Shown in pieces: positions 18,368 through 29,112 of a stretch of 64,000 nt of DNA (the stretch's first letter is position 1; every line of letters begins with the position of its first letter). Origin of the DNA: a virus (Duplodnaviria; Caudoviricetes). The stretch lies in IMG/VR virus record IMGVR_UViG_3300032295_002257, positions 1-64,000 of that record; one strand, written 5' to 3'. The notes under the pieces were generated by a model. That model saw only the letters and a list, made by a program, of their open reading frames with translations. It searched no databases and had not been told where the DNA came from. Both the position numbers and the translations under genes were made by a program.

Positions 18368-21300
18368 TTAAGAATTATTAAGTTTCTCTTCTAATTTTTC
18401 TACCTTTTCATTTAATTCTTGAACTGCCTTCCATAAAGCAAATATTAAATTGGTTTTTGCAATACTCTGAGGGACAGTTTTCTTTTGTCCTGGATTATCC
18501 ACATCATCAATTTCTTCATAATCCACAAATTCTTCTAATCCAGCTGCTTCCAATTCTTCCGCAATTATACCTATTTGTTGTGAGGGATTTCCTTCATCCG
18601 TATCAACATTCCAATAGAATGTTCTAACAGGCGTATTTTTTATCGAATCCAATAAAGATGTATGATTCCAATCTAAAATAGTATTTTTAAATCGTCTAGA
18701 TGAATCAAATCTACAAACTTGCCAAATGTTTGCACCCGAATCGATTCTTATTTGCATCTCTCTTAATGTACCACCCACTGTACTTGCACCAACTATATTT
18801 TTTAATAACAGAGAGGGTCTTTGACTACCACCTACTGAAACTGTATTTAAAAATGCTTCATTTCCAGATGATGCTAAATTCCAAGTTAGTGTACCAACAT
18901 CTCTGATATCATTGGCGTTCATATCAATATCACCCGCGCCGGCTTCAATACTTATACTATCCGCCGTACCACTACCACTAATTTGTAAAGTTGTATTTAC
19001 CGCATCACTTTCTAATCGGTACCATCCCTTTGAAGTAACTGTTGGTAGGTCTGTACTTGAGTTTCGTTCTGCTTTAAAGTATTTACTCGTACCAGATGCA
19101 ACTTGAACACCATCACTTGTCAATTCAACAATATTAGTAAGTTTATTAAATTGAAATTGAGGAGGTATTTCAGTTACCGAAATATCAACTTGTCCTGTAG
19201 ATATATAACCCGTTAATTTATACCAGGTATATGCGTAATATGTAGTTCCACCTTCCAGATTAATTGTTTGATTTGTAGCTGCGGTTATATACGAAAGTGT
19301 ACTTGGTGAATACAATACCATACTTCCACCAAAAACAAAATCTGCTAAAGTGCCAGCTGGATCATCAGTAGTAAAAACATCAACACCTACTTCTATACCA
19401 ACATATCCATTCCAAGGCCCAAATTCAGCCGCTACATAACTACCACCCCCAAAATCAATATCATTATCAGCCCAAGTTCCAGTTCCACTAGTTAAATTTA
19501 TAGCAACTCCATTCCCCGCAGTGTTATGATATACTTTATCATTAGTTAAATATGTATAGAAGTTGATAGAAGTTGCTGAAATACCAGCGGAGATAGTGGA
19601 TGGGGTTACATTTATTGTAGAACCCCCTACACTTGATAATGCACCTCTTTTAAAAACTAAATCAGGATTTGATCCAGAATTTTCTTTTATATAAATACTG
19701 TTAGCCGATGCATCTAAAAATATTGTTCCCGCATTACTTCTAATTAAACCAGGCTGAATAATCCATCCATTTGAACCACCTAAAAATCCACTTGTTGCAG
19801 TAACATTACCATTTATTGTTAAGTTAACACCATCAAAAAATAATTTATCTGATAACGAAAATCTTCCTAAACTATCTAAATAAGCAGGTGTTGTTACGGA
19901 GTTAAATACACCACCCGCAGCAGGTCCTATATAAATTGAACGAGTTACTGAATTTCTTGCATCTAAATAAATCGCAGGTGTTGATAGAGATGCACTACCA
20001 ACCGTAAATAAAGTACTTATATAACCCGCGCCACCTGCTAAAATTGGAGATGTTACGGAAGTACTACTTATAAAAGTTCCACCACTATAACTACCATTTG
20101 CTATTGAATCTGCAATTGCTTTTGCTCCCTGATAAGCTGCACTAGCCGTTACGTTTGCGTATGCTACACCTTGATTATAAGATGCTGTTCCAACATTTTG
20201 TGCATATGTTTGAGTTGCAGCATCCCCACCCAATACCGTAATACTTCCAGCTACACTTAAAGTGCCGCCTGAAAAACTCATAAAATTTGTGCTATCACCA
20301 ACTTTGAATTGACCCGTATCATACCAATAGTTATTTGAATTGATATACAACCCATCATTAGTTGAATTTACATCAGGTCCCAATAGCATACCACCCGCGT
20401 TCAATATACCACTCAATTCTAATTGAGAACCATCCCATCGCATGTATCGTGTATTACCCGAATTAACCAATGACATCATTGGGGTTTTTGTTGATGCTAC
20501 TGTTTTCGTTCCCATAAAGATACCAGTATTACCATATCCAATCACACCCGAAGATGTTTGGTCATTATCAGCACCAACAACTCCCGTTTGTCCAATTGCT
20601 ATATAAGGGTCAACTCTACCACCTGCCAAAACTATATTAGCAAATTTCTCAGCTCCACCATTATTACCAACATTAATTGTATTCTTAACAAATGATTCTT
20701 CAAATATTGCTAACTTAGCTGCTACAAAGAATTCTTCTTTACCCAAATATTCCCAATACTGATTCTTAGTTCCCTTTGTAGGTTCGCCAACAACAGTTGG
20801 AGGAGCTTGTGCTCCAACAAGAATATATCCACTAGGTGGTGTATTTCCAATATAATAATCTAATGATGATGAATTATAATAAGTTCTTGCTCCTGATTTT
20901 TCAAGTGATGCCCAATAATATGTTTCATTTATTGCTCCTGGATAAATTACCGAATCTCTTCTTTTATTTGCTACATCAAATTCATAATCTAAACTGCCAG
21001 ACCAAACTCCTCTCATAATAAGACCAGGTCCTATTGCCCCTTCGTATTGAACACTTAAAGATTGAGTTTTATAATAAACCGCTTTACCATCCTCTACATC
21101 AATTTCATAAATTATTTGAGCAGATGCACTTAATGGTAATAATGATGAAGTATTTCTTAAATAATTCCACTGCGATATATCACCAATACTAAAAACACCA
21201 TTTGGATTTGGTAAAACCGAACCTAATGTTAAACCATTAGCTGGTGTTATGTGAGAAGATGTAGAATATAATGTTGCTCTATATTGACCATTTGGTATTA

Positions 21301-24300
21301 CAGTTCCTAATTGATCAAATTGTGATGCTGAATATGCATTTACAGCTATAAGTGGTGTTCCACCTTTTGTTGCTAATATTTCAGTTCCTGTTCCCGCAAC
21401 TGTAATTTCACCATATACATCCGCAAATATAGATGAATTTTCATTTGTTAATGATACATTGTATGGAGTTCCTCCCGATTGAACTCCACTTATTGTAACC
21501 TGATCTTCTGCAAAAATTTGTGCGTTTACATCACCACTTCCATCTCTCAAAGCAACTTTAAAAATTGCAGTTTCGCCAGGCGCAGCTGAATCACCAGATG
21601 ATAATGAAAGTGTATCACCACCAAAGTTTATTGATGTTGGTGGTGTTAATTCAACATCATTTTTAAAGAATTGAAAGTATGCTGAACCTGTTGTATTGTA
21701 TGCGGTGGCTGTTAATGTAATATCTCCAGCAGGCGATAAAACAACACCATCACCATCATAACTTACAACGTTTGCCGTTGCTGATATTGATATTGCTCTA
21801 GCTGCCGTTCCATTTGAAACTTTTGTAAACGATTGGGTAACAAATGAATTTAAAATGGATGAAGTGTAATATGGTTGATAAGTAAAATCATATTGTAAAC
21901 TTCCTAAATTTTCTGTGAAAGCGGTTGCTGCTTGAACTATTACTTCAGTTGAATCCAATGAATTTGAAGCATAACTACCAGGTGCAACAATACCATCGGT
22001 ATCTATGTTAATAAAATATGTTCCATTTTTTTGTTTAGAACCATTTGCCCCATTTTGATCATACACCAAATAGGTGTTTCCTTGCTTTACTCTTACCGAT
22101 GTTACCGATGGTGTGAAATCCAATGGGTCTCCGTTTTCATTTGCTTTAATTACAACTGTTGTTGGATTAACTTCAAATGAAATGGGTTCTTCACCAATCA
22201 AACCATCAGGAACTATAGTAAATAATTTATCTACATTTACTGATGCGGAAGTCCAAGGTTCAGTATAAGTAAAAGATGTTATCAATTGCCTATTTTGATT
22301 ATTAGGCATTCCTTCTAAATATGTTGCGGCATCTGGTCTCGAAGGTATTATGTTTCCTATCTCATCAAAAGCAACAATTGTTATATTTGGGTCACAACTA
22401 TGTGTTACATAATTTATCCAATATTCTGCAACAAAATCATTGTTTAAAGACATTGATGGATAAACCTCAATTGAACAACTTAGTGGATTTTCAAAAGTTC
22501 CTCTTTTATAGAAAGAAGCGGTTGCCGATGAAAATGTTGGAATAAATCGATTACCATCAGTTGGTAATTTTGGAGTTGGATTTACACCAAATGCATCTGC
22601 ATCATATAAAACTATACCGGCATCTAAACCATCTTGCAAATCAGTTAATGTTAATGATGTTAGAATTGAAGCAGAGTAGTTATTTGAAGATGATGGAATT
22701 AAATAAATTGTTCTTTGTCCATCTATTGAATCTCTATTAAATCGTGCGTTATAATCCAACTGACCAGAACCAGTAACACCAGCTGATAATCCTAAAACAA
22801 ATCCTTTAGAGGATGCTTCGGTTAGAGTAATATATGTAGAACCCGATTGAACAAATAATTTGTAATCGGATTTACCTAAAGGTAATCCACTTTGAATATT
22901 TAATTCATTAATACCATCTATTCTTACTGCCTGAATTTCTAATGAAGATGATGCATCTGAGTTTCGGATTACCGTTCCATTATAAGGTCTGATTTCATAA
23001 TTTACACCACCCTTACCATCACTAACTCTTGTGATAATAATTGTATCACTAACACCTTCAACGGCTGCAGTATATTCTATAAATTGAACAACAATATCAT
23101 CTTTAGAACCTGTAAAGTTTTGAACTGATAAACTATAATTGTTTGGATCGATAACCGTCAATAAACCAGGATATTGTTCGCCTGGTCCGTATGATGATGC
23201 TGAGATTTCGTTATTGAAAAAATCAAATGAGCGTGATGTGAATGTGATTGAGCCCGTTATGAAATTAGTTTCCGCTTCTATTAAAATTGTTGTTGGTGCA
23301 ACTGGGTTTCCTGTACCAGAACCCGAATCAAATTGAAAATATAATGAAGTTGGAACTAAATTTATACTCTTATTGATTACGTTTAAATTACCACCACTAA
23401 ATGTTTTTGTTGCTAATACTTCAACAGGTATATAATTGTTGTTAATATCATAAAACTCAAAACGAAAATCAAAAGTTTCAGTTTCTAAGTTCCTTTGAAC
23501 AGGTTGTATAAATGTTATCTCATCAGGTGAAAACGATGTTTCTTGTGATGCTCTTAAACTAACATCGGAAATATACCAATCATTTCCTTTAACTTCAAAA
23601 TAAAGTCTTGCAGTATCAAATGAATCAGCAATTATATTTTCATTTATATTTGTTTTTTGCAAATATGGATTTGATGATGTGATAGTTGTAATTTCTTGAG
23701 TAATGGTTTTAGAATCTTTAGTTCCCTGCAAATAAACTTTTATATAATTTGTAGATGAAATAGAGCCACTAATTCTAACATTCATATCTAATGTATATTC
23801 TACACCAGAACTTATATCTATAGATTTAGATGTATAAAATTGATTAGCACCATTACTATTTAACTTAACCGAATTATATAGAAAATCCTGATTGAATGTT
23901 TTGGTTAAATTTGCTGATGATGTTAACCAGTAGTTTGATATAGTGTATGGTGTAAATAAACCATAATTTTCTTGGTTTCGTTCGGATGATTCTAAATCAA
24001 CTAATATTTCATTAGATTCTAATGCAATTTCTTGCACAAACTGAAAATCCGATACTTCAGATTGTGATTTACGGAATACTTTAACTCTAGCAACATCACC
24101 TACAAATGTAGTTAAATCTGTGATGTTTATTTTTGCAAAAGAACCACTCAATGCAGTTCCAATTGCACTATCCTCTACTAAATAAGTAAAACTAGCAGTA
24201 TATGGTTGTACATCGAAAGATGCTACTAATCCATTTGAAGAATATGGATTACTTACTATTAATTCTTTATTTGTTACTACATTAGATGGATTGAATGTGA

Positions 24301-25000
24301 TACCTAAATTAGGCATAGTAACACTTCCATTTAATACTGAACCACTCCAATTTGTAGAATCCGTAATTGTTAGTAAATAAGATGATGGTAACGAAAAAGA
24401 TGATAATCTAACACCATCACCCGGAACTAAAGGAGTTCCACTAACAATACCACTTTGTTGTATAATAGTTGGAGTTGCTGTAAATATAGGTCTAGATATT
24501 TCTTCTATTGCTACTTTTGGCCTTCTATAAAATCTTACCTTATCTTCGTTTGCAAGTAATTTATTTACTTTAAATGATTTTTCCCATTTTACATTATATA
24601 TCCCCTTCCATTCATCGGGTATATCTCTTACAATATCATCTGCATCCAAATACTCTTTAAGTTCTCCCAATACAGTTATAGTAGCCTGCCCTATTGGAGT
24701 ATCATCATATATATAAACAGCAACTACTTTAGAAGTACCTTCATAATATTCAGGTATACCATTACCAGGCTCCCAATAAACAGGATTACCATCAACATCT
24801 ATTATTTCAATTTTAATTTCAGTAGATTCTAATAGATATTCAGAACCTTCTATTAAAAATCCGTTTTTACCACCACTAAAAGATTCTTTAAATTCGGTTA
24901 TTCTAAAATAATCGGAATTTGGATTTGTATCAATTATAAATGTATTAAACGAACTTAAATTTTGAAGTTGCGTATCTCCGTATTTTTTAATTCTTGCCAT
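18368..25000 (-). CDS. Giant tail fibre/spike with C-terminal peptidase S74 intramolecular chaperone
   Basis: 2210 aa, Ser/Thr/Gly-rich beta structure; C-terminal DSSRRFKNTI...IGIIAEEL...LWKAVQELNEKVEKLEEKL. Confidence 0.85.
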   Translation of the reverse strand: MARIKKYGDTQLQNLSSFNTFIIDTNPNSDYFRITEFKESFSGGKNGFLIEGSEYLLESTEIKIEIIDVDGNPVYWEPGNGIPEYYEGTSKVVAVYIYDDTPIGQATITVLGELKEYLDADDIVRDIPDEWKGIYNVKWEKSFKVNKLLANEDKVRFYRRPKVAIEEISRPIFTATPTIIQQSGIVSGTPLVPGDGVRLSSFSLPSSYLLTITDSTNWSGSVLNGSVTMPNLGITFNPSNVVTNKELIVSNPYSSNGLVASFDVQPYTASFTYLVEDSAIGTALSGSFAKINITDLTTFVGDVARVKVFRKSQSEVSDFQFVQEIALESNEILVDLESSERNQENYGLFTPYTISNYWLTSSANLTKTFNQDFLYNSVKLNSNGANQFYTSKSIDISSGVEYTLDMNVRISGSISSTNYIKVYLQGTKDSKTITQEITTITSSNPYLQKTNINENIIADSFDTARLYFEVKGNDWYISDVSLRASQETSFSPDEITFIQPVQRNLETETFDFRFEFYDINNNYIPVEVLATKTFSGGNLNVINKSINLVPTSLYFQFDSGSGTGNPVAPTTILIEAETNFITGSITFTSRSFDFFNNEISASSYGPGEQYPGLLTVIDPNNYSLSVQNFTGSKDDIVVQFIEYTAAVEGVSDTIIITRVSDGKGGVNYEIRPYNGTVIRNSDASSSLEIQAVRIDGINELNIQSGLPLGKSDYKLFVQSGSTYITLTEASSKGFVLGLSAGVTGSGQLDYNARFNRDSIDGQRTIYLIPSSSNNYSASILTSLTLTDLQDGLDAGIVLYDADAFGVNPTPKLPTDGNRFIPTFSSATASFYKRGTFENPLSCSIEVYPSMSLNNDFVAEYWINYVTHSCDPNITIVAFDEIGNIIPSRPDAATYLEGMPNNQNRQLITSFTYTEPWTSASVNVDKLFTIVPDGLIGEEPISFEVNPTTVVIKANENGDPLDFTPSVTSVRVKQGNTYLVYDQNGANGSKQKNGTYFINIDTDGIVAPGSYASNSLDSTEVIVQAATAFTENLGSLQYDFTYQPYYTSSILNSFVTQSFTKVSNGTAARAISISATANVVSYDGDGVVLSPAGDITLTATAYNTTGSAYFQFFKNDVELTPPTSINFGGDTLSLSSGDSAAPGETAIFKVALRDGSGDVNAQIFAEDQVTISGVQSGGTPYNVSLTNENSSIFADVYGEITVAGTGTEILATKGGTPLIAVNAYSASQFDQLGTVIPNGQYRATLYSTSSHITPANGLTLGSVLPNPNGVFSIGDISQWNYLRNTSSLLPLSASAQIIYEIDVEDGKAVYYKTQSLSVQYEGAIGPGLIMRGVWSGSLDYEFDVANKRRDSVIYPGAINETYYWASLEKSGARTYYNSSSLDYYIGNTPPSGYILVGAQAPPTVVGEPTKGTKNQYWEYLGKEEFFVAAKLAIFEESFVKNTINVGNNGGAEKFANIVLAGGRVDPYIAIGQTGVVGADNDQTSSGVIGYGNTGIFMGTKTVASTKTPMMSLVNSGNTRYMRWDGSQLELSGILNAGGMLLGPDVNSTNDGLYINSNNYWYDTGQFKVGDSTNFMSFSGGTLSVAGSITVLGGDAATQTYAQNVGTASYNQGVAYANVTASAAYQGAKAIADSIANGSYSGGTFISSTSVTSPILAGGAGYISTLFTVGSASLSTPAIYLDARNSVTRSIYIGPAAGGVFNSVTTPAYLDSLGRFSLSDKLFFDGVNLTINGNVTATSGFLGGSNGWIIQPGLIRSNAGTIFLDASANSIYIKENSGSNPDLVFKRGALSSVGGSTINVTPSTISAGISATSINFYTYLTNDKVYHNTAGNGVAINLTSGTGTWADNDIDFGGGSYVAAEFGPWNGYVGIEVGVDVFTTDDPAGTLADFVFGGSMVLYSPSTLSYITAATNQTINLEGGTTYYAYTWYKLTGYISTGQVDISVTEIPPQFQFNKLTNIVELTSDGVQVASGTSKYFKAERNSSTDLPTVTSKGWYRLESDAVNTTLQISGSGTADSISIEAGAGDIDMNANDIRDVGTLTWNLASSGNEAFLNTVSVGGSQRPSLLLKNIVGASTVGGTLREMQIRIDSGANIWQVCRFDSSRRFKNTILDWNHTSLLDSIKNTPVRTFYWNVDTDEGNPSQQIGIIAEELEAAGLEEFVDYEEIDDVDNPGQKKTVPQSIAKTNLIFALWKAVQELNEKVEKLEEKLNNS

Positions 25001-25024
25001 ATCTTATTGTATAGGAATATTTTT

Positions 25025-25033
25025 AATAAATAT
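25025..25033 (-). promoter_or_regulatory. Putative late promoter motif ATATTTATT
   Basis: Upstream of the tail fibre start at 25000. Confidence 0.5.
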
Positions 25034-25054
25034 AACCAAAAAACAAAAATCTTA

Positions 25055-25063
25055 ATACTTATT
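25055..25063 (+). promoter_or_regulatory. Variant late motif ATACTTATT in plus orientation
   Basis: One mismatch to the motif; lies upstream of the only plus-strand operon. Confidence 0.4.
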
Positions 25064-25090
25064 TTAGAAAACTAAAGAAATATAAAGAAT

Positions 25091-25768
25091 ATGAAGGTTG
25101 CGTTACTACTATCGGGCAAATTTAGAGGTAGTTATATACCATTTAACTATTTACAAAACAATTTACTCAACAAATATAATCCTGATATTTTTATAAATTA
25201 CAATTATAAGAACGATGATGATATCGAATGTGATGAAAGTGAGTTGATTTCCATATATAATCCAAAATTGATAAATTTTACAAAAACACCGGATATTGTA
25301 AAGGAAAAAATAGATATGGTAAATGGATATGAAGTAGCAGGTGAATCAAACCCTTCAAGCGTTTTTAATATGTGGTGGGGGATTTATCAGGCAAATGAAT
25401 TAAAGAAGAAATATGAGGAGGAGAATGGGTTTAAATACGATATTGTAATACGAACCAGATTCGATATAGAAATATTAGAGGAAGTTGAACTTAGAAATTG
25501 GAATAATAGTCTTTTTATACCAATGGGGTCTGATCATAGAGATGGATTCAATGATTTTCTAGCTTATGGCAAATCTCACATTATGGATTACTATTGTTCT
25601 AATTTTCATCATTTAGTTGATTATATTAAGGGAGGAGAACTAATACATCCAGAAAGATTACTAAGACGGCATTTGCAAGATTTCAAATGCACATTCATAC
25701 GAACATATATGCCAATGCGTTTAAGGGGAGTATTGGTTAACCAAATAGATTATTGTGTAAATCCCTAA
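25091..25768 (+). CDS. Putative glycosyltransferase (KVALLLSG...YDIVIRTRFD family)
   Basis: MKVALLLSGKFR, YDIVIRTRFDI, GFNDFLAYG and HPERLL are typical of a viral GT-A-like family (DUF7796-like, unverified). Confidence 0.6.
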   Translation: MKVALLLSGKFRGSYIPFNYLQNNLLNKYNPDIFINYNYKNDDDIECDESELISIYNPKLINFTKTPDIVKEKIDMVNGYEVAGESNPSSVFNMWWGIYQANELKKKYEEENGFKYDIVIRTRFDIEILEEVELRNWNNSLFIPMGSDHRDGFNDFLAYGKSHIMDYYCSNFHHLVDYIKGGELIHPERLLRRHLQDFKCTFIRTYMPMRLRGVLVNQIDYCVNP

Positions 25769-25778
25769 AATAAAGATT

Positions 25779-25949
25779 ATGAAAAAATATGCTATGATAC
25801 AAATTGATGCTGAACTACATGCAGCATTAAAAGATTTTTGTAAAGAGAAAGGTTATAAGATTGGTGGTTTGATAGAGAGCTTAATAAAGGATAGAATTGA
25901 ATCCTCTAAAAAGTCTCTACCAAAAAAAGTATTATCTACTAAAATTTAA
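25779..25949 (+). CDS. Small ribbon-helix-helix-like DNA-binding protein
   Basis: Not in the track; manual translation MKKYAMIQIDAELHAALKDFCKEKGYKIGGLIESLIKDRIESSKKSLPKKVLSTKI* (56 aa), a strand-helix-helix pattern. Confidence 0.6.
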   Translation: MKKYAMIQIDAELHAALKDFCKEKGYKIGGLIESLIKDRIESSKKSLPKKVLSTKI

Positions 25950-28900
25950 CCTGAGAGAATCCATTTACCTTTTTGATTTCCATTAAGGTATCCACCACAT
26001 CTCTCATAGAATCTATATGTGATATAATCATCACAAAATCAAATTGAGTTTTAAGGTAAGAGAACAACATATATAAAGATGTTAAATTCTCATTATCCAA
26101 TGTTCCAAATCCTTCATCGATTACTAAGAAGTTTGGACGAGGTAAGTTACATACATTGATAAGTGCTATACGAATTGCAAGACCCGATATAAATCTTTCC
26201 ATACCACTACACAATTCCAAGCTCCACTTAGAATCACCATATACTAAATTTGCGTTGATGTTCTTTCCTTCCAATTCCAATTCCATTCCGAAATCAACAA
26301 TCTGTCCTAAGATATTGTTAATCTCACCTTCAATAGCAGGAATAGCTTTTTCAATCAATTCTAAAGAAACACCATCTTTACTCAATGCGTTTAGATAGTA
26401 TTCGTATAATTTATTTTTGTGTTCTAATTCTTTTACTTCATTAATCCTTTCCTCATATACATCTCTTTGAGATTCTAATGTTGTTTGTCTTTTGAACACA
26501 CCCATCATCCCATCGTTGGTATTACCCATTTTAGATTTTAGACCAGTCATTTGAGTTTGTAACCCATCCAACTCTTCTTTAATCTTTTTATTAGCCACAA
26601 TCTGCTCTTCGTTTTTATAATACTCGTCAATGTTAGATGTATTCTTTTCAATATCACCTTCTATTTTATGAATTTGTAAATCACAAGCTGAGATTTGGGA
26701 ATTGATATTGAATATATCCTTATCAACTTTGTTGTGCTTTTCTTTTAAATCGTTTAGAGTTTTTAATTTATCTTCAAATGGTAATAGTTCATTTATTTCT
26801 AAATTTAATTGAGCAGATTCAGTTGTATGTTCTTCTATCGTATCTTTTATTTTTTCAATAGCTTCTATGGCTTCTTCTTTCGAAGTTAAAATACTTTTAG
26901 AGTTATCCATACAAATTTCACAATCCGGATTATATTTGTGTAAATCCAAATGTGCTTTTTTATCCACTAATGATTGATACTTTATTTCTAACTTCTCAAT
27001 TTCATTCTTAGCAGTTCTATGTTGCTCTTTAAATGTATTTAATTTACCAATACCTTCTTTGATATCAGTTTCATTTAATCCATCTAACAAACCCGATAAT
27101 TGGACTTCCAATGGAATTAATTTTTCTAATCTTTCGTTTAATTCCGATTTTGTAGATTCTTGCTTTTGTAAATTATTTTCTAATTTAGTTTTGTTAGATT
27201 CCAATTGGGTAATATCATAATCAAAACTGCCGGTATTAATTATTTGAGATTTTAACTCAATAATCGATTCGTTAAGATCTTCTTCTACTTTATTTAGAGA
27301 TTGTATCTCTTCATTGAATTGTTCATATTGAGTTTTACACCCATCCAATTCGGTTTCTATATCTGCAAGCTTTTGCGGAAAATCATCTGATTTAAATTTC
27401 TTAACTAATGTTGCGGTTTCTCTATTATCATCAGCTGCTATTTGATATAACTTATCAAATATATCAACTCCAATCAATTGAGAAAGAACTTCTTTTCTTT
27501 CTGATTGAGATTTATCAATGAATAGGGCGTTGTTACCTTGTAATGATAATGTTGTTAAAATGAAATCTTCAAAGTTACCTAAATACTTTTCAATGTTTTT
27601 ATTTGTATCTCTACGTTGCTCACCATTTAGGGATTCCTCTACACCATCAACAATTCTCCAAAAGTTAACATCAACCTTAACTGATGTTTGTGTTTTGTTT
27701 AACTTACCAATTCTTTCAATAAAATATGATATACCATCTATTTCAAATTCAAATTTGCAATGGAAGTTTTCCTTTTGGTTATTTAGAATATTTTTAGATG
27801 ATGAGGTTCTTGATGTTTTATCAAATATGCAAAAAGATAGAATATCAAATAGAGATGATTTACCACTAGCATTTGGGGCAAATATACCAACTATACCTTT
27901 AGCGTTATCAAACTTAACAACACTATCAGTTCCGTATGAAAACATATTTGAGAATTCCAATTTCTTTGGTATCCATAATATATTATCCATCTTATCGGTA
28001 TTATCTACTTTCTGATTTGTTAGTTTATTGATTTCAGTAATAGCATCTAAATGGTCTTGCTCTAACAAATACCTTCTATCTAAATAATCACCAATCAAAT
28101 GATTTTGGAATGTTTCATCTTTAACGTTACCAACTATGTTTCCATTAAGTCCATTATTAGACCTCAACCTAGCCATAGTATCAACTCTACTTACAGTTAC
28201 TTCAGTTGTTTTGAATATCCTACTCAATTCCGTAATACAAGCCTTTGTAGTGGTTGCATCGGTTTCATTAAAGCGCAATCTTAATCGTGGATTTTTTGGA
28301 AGCTTAGTATCTAATTCATCATATACCCATTGTGGTATATTACCTTTGTATATATCGATGGTTAAATAACCATAATCATTCTTAATATCAAACTCTTCAA
28401 ATGTTTTCTTTTCAACATCCCACAATAGATACCCATGCCCTTCTAACAATTCTCCGTGATTTTGTTGAACTAATGAACCTGCGTAAACTACAATAGGTTG
28501 ATTGTTAGATGGATTGTATGTTTGTAATACTTGTCTTTTGTGAATATCCCCCATCAATACCATATCAAATCCTTCAAACATATCTGTTGTGAATGAATTT
28601 GATGATACTACATATCCAACATCAGTTTGTGATTTGTTTACAGGTCCGTGGAAAAGACAGATTTTATTCTCACCTTCAATTTCTTTGCCTTTGGGCCAAT
28701 TCTCTTTTTTATCCAATATGGAATAAACGGCAAAAGTAAGATTATGTAAATTATAAACACCAGTGTCACGATAATAATGGATGCGAGGATTTTGAAGATT
28801 ATCAATAATAGGCGTGAGAACATCTAATCTATGGTTGTTGTTTAAGTTGCAATCGTGGTTACCAGTAATAAGTATAACCTCTTTTAACTTTGAACACTCA

Positions 28901-29112
28901 GTTAAGAACCAACTAATCTCTCTTACCAATTCCGGAGACATTTCCGTTTTAGCATGAGCAATATCGCCTGCTAAATAAATGATAGAATCTTCAATGTTAT
29001 CACTTTTTACTTTTTCCAAAAATTGATTAAATATCAATCTATACTCACTATGTCTTTTTAGATTACGAATGTGTAAATCTGCTAAGTGATAGATGTGTGT
29101 AATTTTTCTCAT
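25939..29112 (-). CDS. Fused Mre11/SbcD nuclease and Rad50/SbcC ATPase (gp47+gp46-like)
   Basis: ADLH, GDIAH, GNHD and GDIHK phosphoesterase motifs; Walker A APNASGKSS; Zn hook CEIC; signature SGMERF; Walker B LVIDEGFGTLD; H-loop IISH; one open frame. Confidence 0.92.
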   Translation of the reverse strand: MRKITHIYHLADLHIRNLKRHSEYRLIFNQFLEKVKSDNIEDSIIYLAGDIAHAKTEMSPELVREISWFLTECSKLKEVILITGNHDCNLNNNHRLDVLTPIIDNLQNPRIHYYRDTGVYNLHNLTFAVYSILDKKENWPKGKEIEGENKICLFHGPVNKSQTDVGYVVSSNSFTTDMFEGFDMVLMGDIHKRQVLQTYNPSNNQPIVVYAGSLVQQNHGELLEGHGYLLWDVEKKTFEEFDIKNDYGYLTIDIYKGNIPQWVYDELDTKLPKNPRLRLRFNETDATTTKACITELSRIFKTTEVTVSRVDTMARLRSNNGLNGNIVGNVKDETFQNHLIGDYLDRRYLLEQDHLDAITEINKLTNQKVDNTDKMDNILWIPKKLEFSNMFSYGTDSVVKFDNAKGIVGIFAPNASGKSSLFDILSFCIFDKTSRTSSSKNILNNQKENFHCKFEFEIDGISYFIERIGKLNKTQTSVKVDVNFWRIVDGVEESLNGEQRRDTNKNIEKYLGNFEDFILTTLSLQGNNALFIDKSQSERKEVLSQLIGVDIFDKLYQIAADDNRETATLVKKFKSDDFPQKLADIETELDGCKTQYEQFNEEIQSLNKVEEDLNESIIELKSQIINTGSFDYDITQLESNKTKLENNLQKQESTKSELNERLEKLIPLEVQLSGLLDGLNETDIKEGIGKLNTFKEQHRTAKNEIEKLEIKYQSLVDKKAHLDLHKYNPDCEICMDNSKSILTSKEEAIEAIEKIKDTIEEHTTESAQLNLEINELLPFEDKLKTLNDLKEKHNKVDKDIFNINSQISACDLQIHKIEGDIEKNTSNIDEYYKNEEQIVANKKIKEELDGLQTQMTGLKSKMGNTNDGMMGVFKRQTTLESQRDVYEERINEVKELEHKNKLYEYYLNALSKDGVSLELIEKAIPAIEGEINNILGQIVDFGMELELEGKNINANLVYGDSKWSLELCSGMERFISGLAIRIALINVCNLPRPNFLVIDEGFGTLDNENLTSLYMLFSYLKTQFDFVMIISHIDSMRDVVDTLMEIKKVNGFSQVKF

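Noticed and set aside
18368-25000. Diversity-generating retroelement target in the tail fibre
   Set aside because: No reverse transcriptase or template/variable repeat pair was seen in the window, and the C-terminus is an S74 chaperone.
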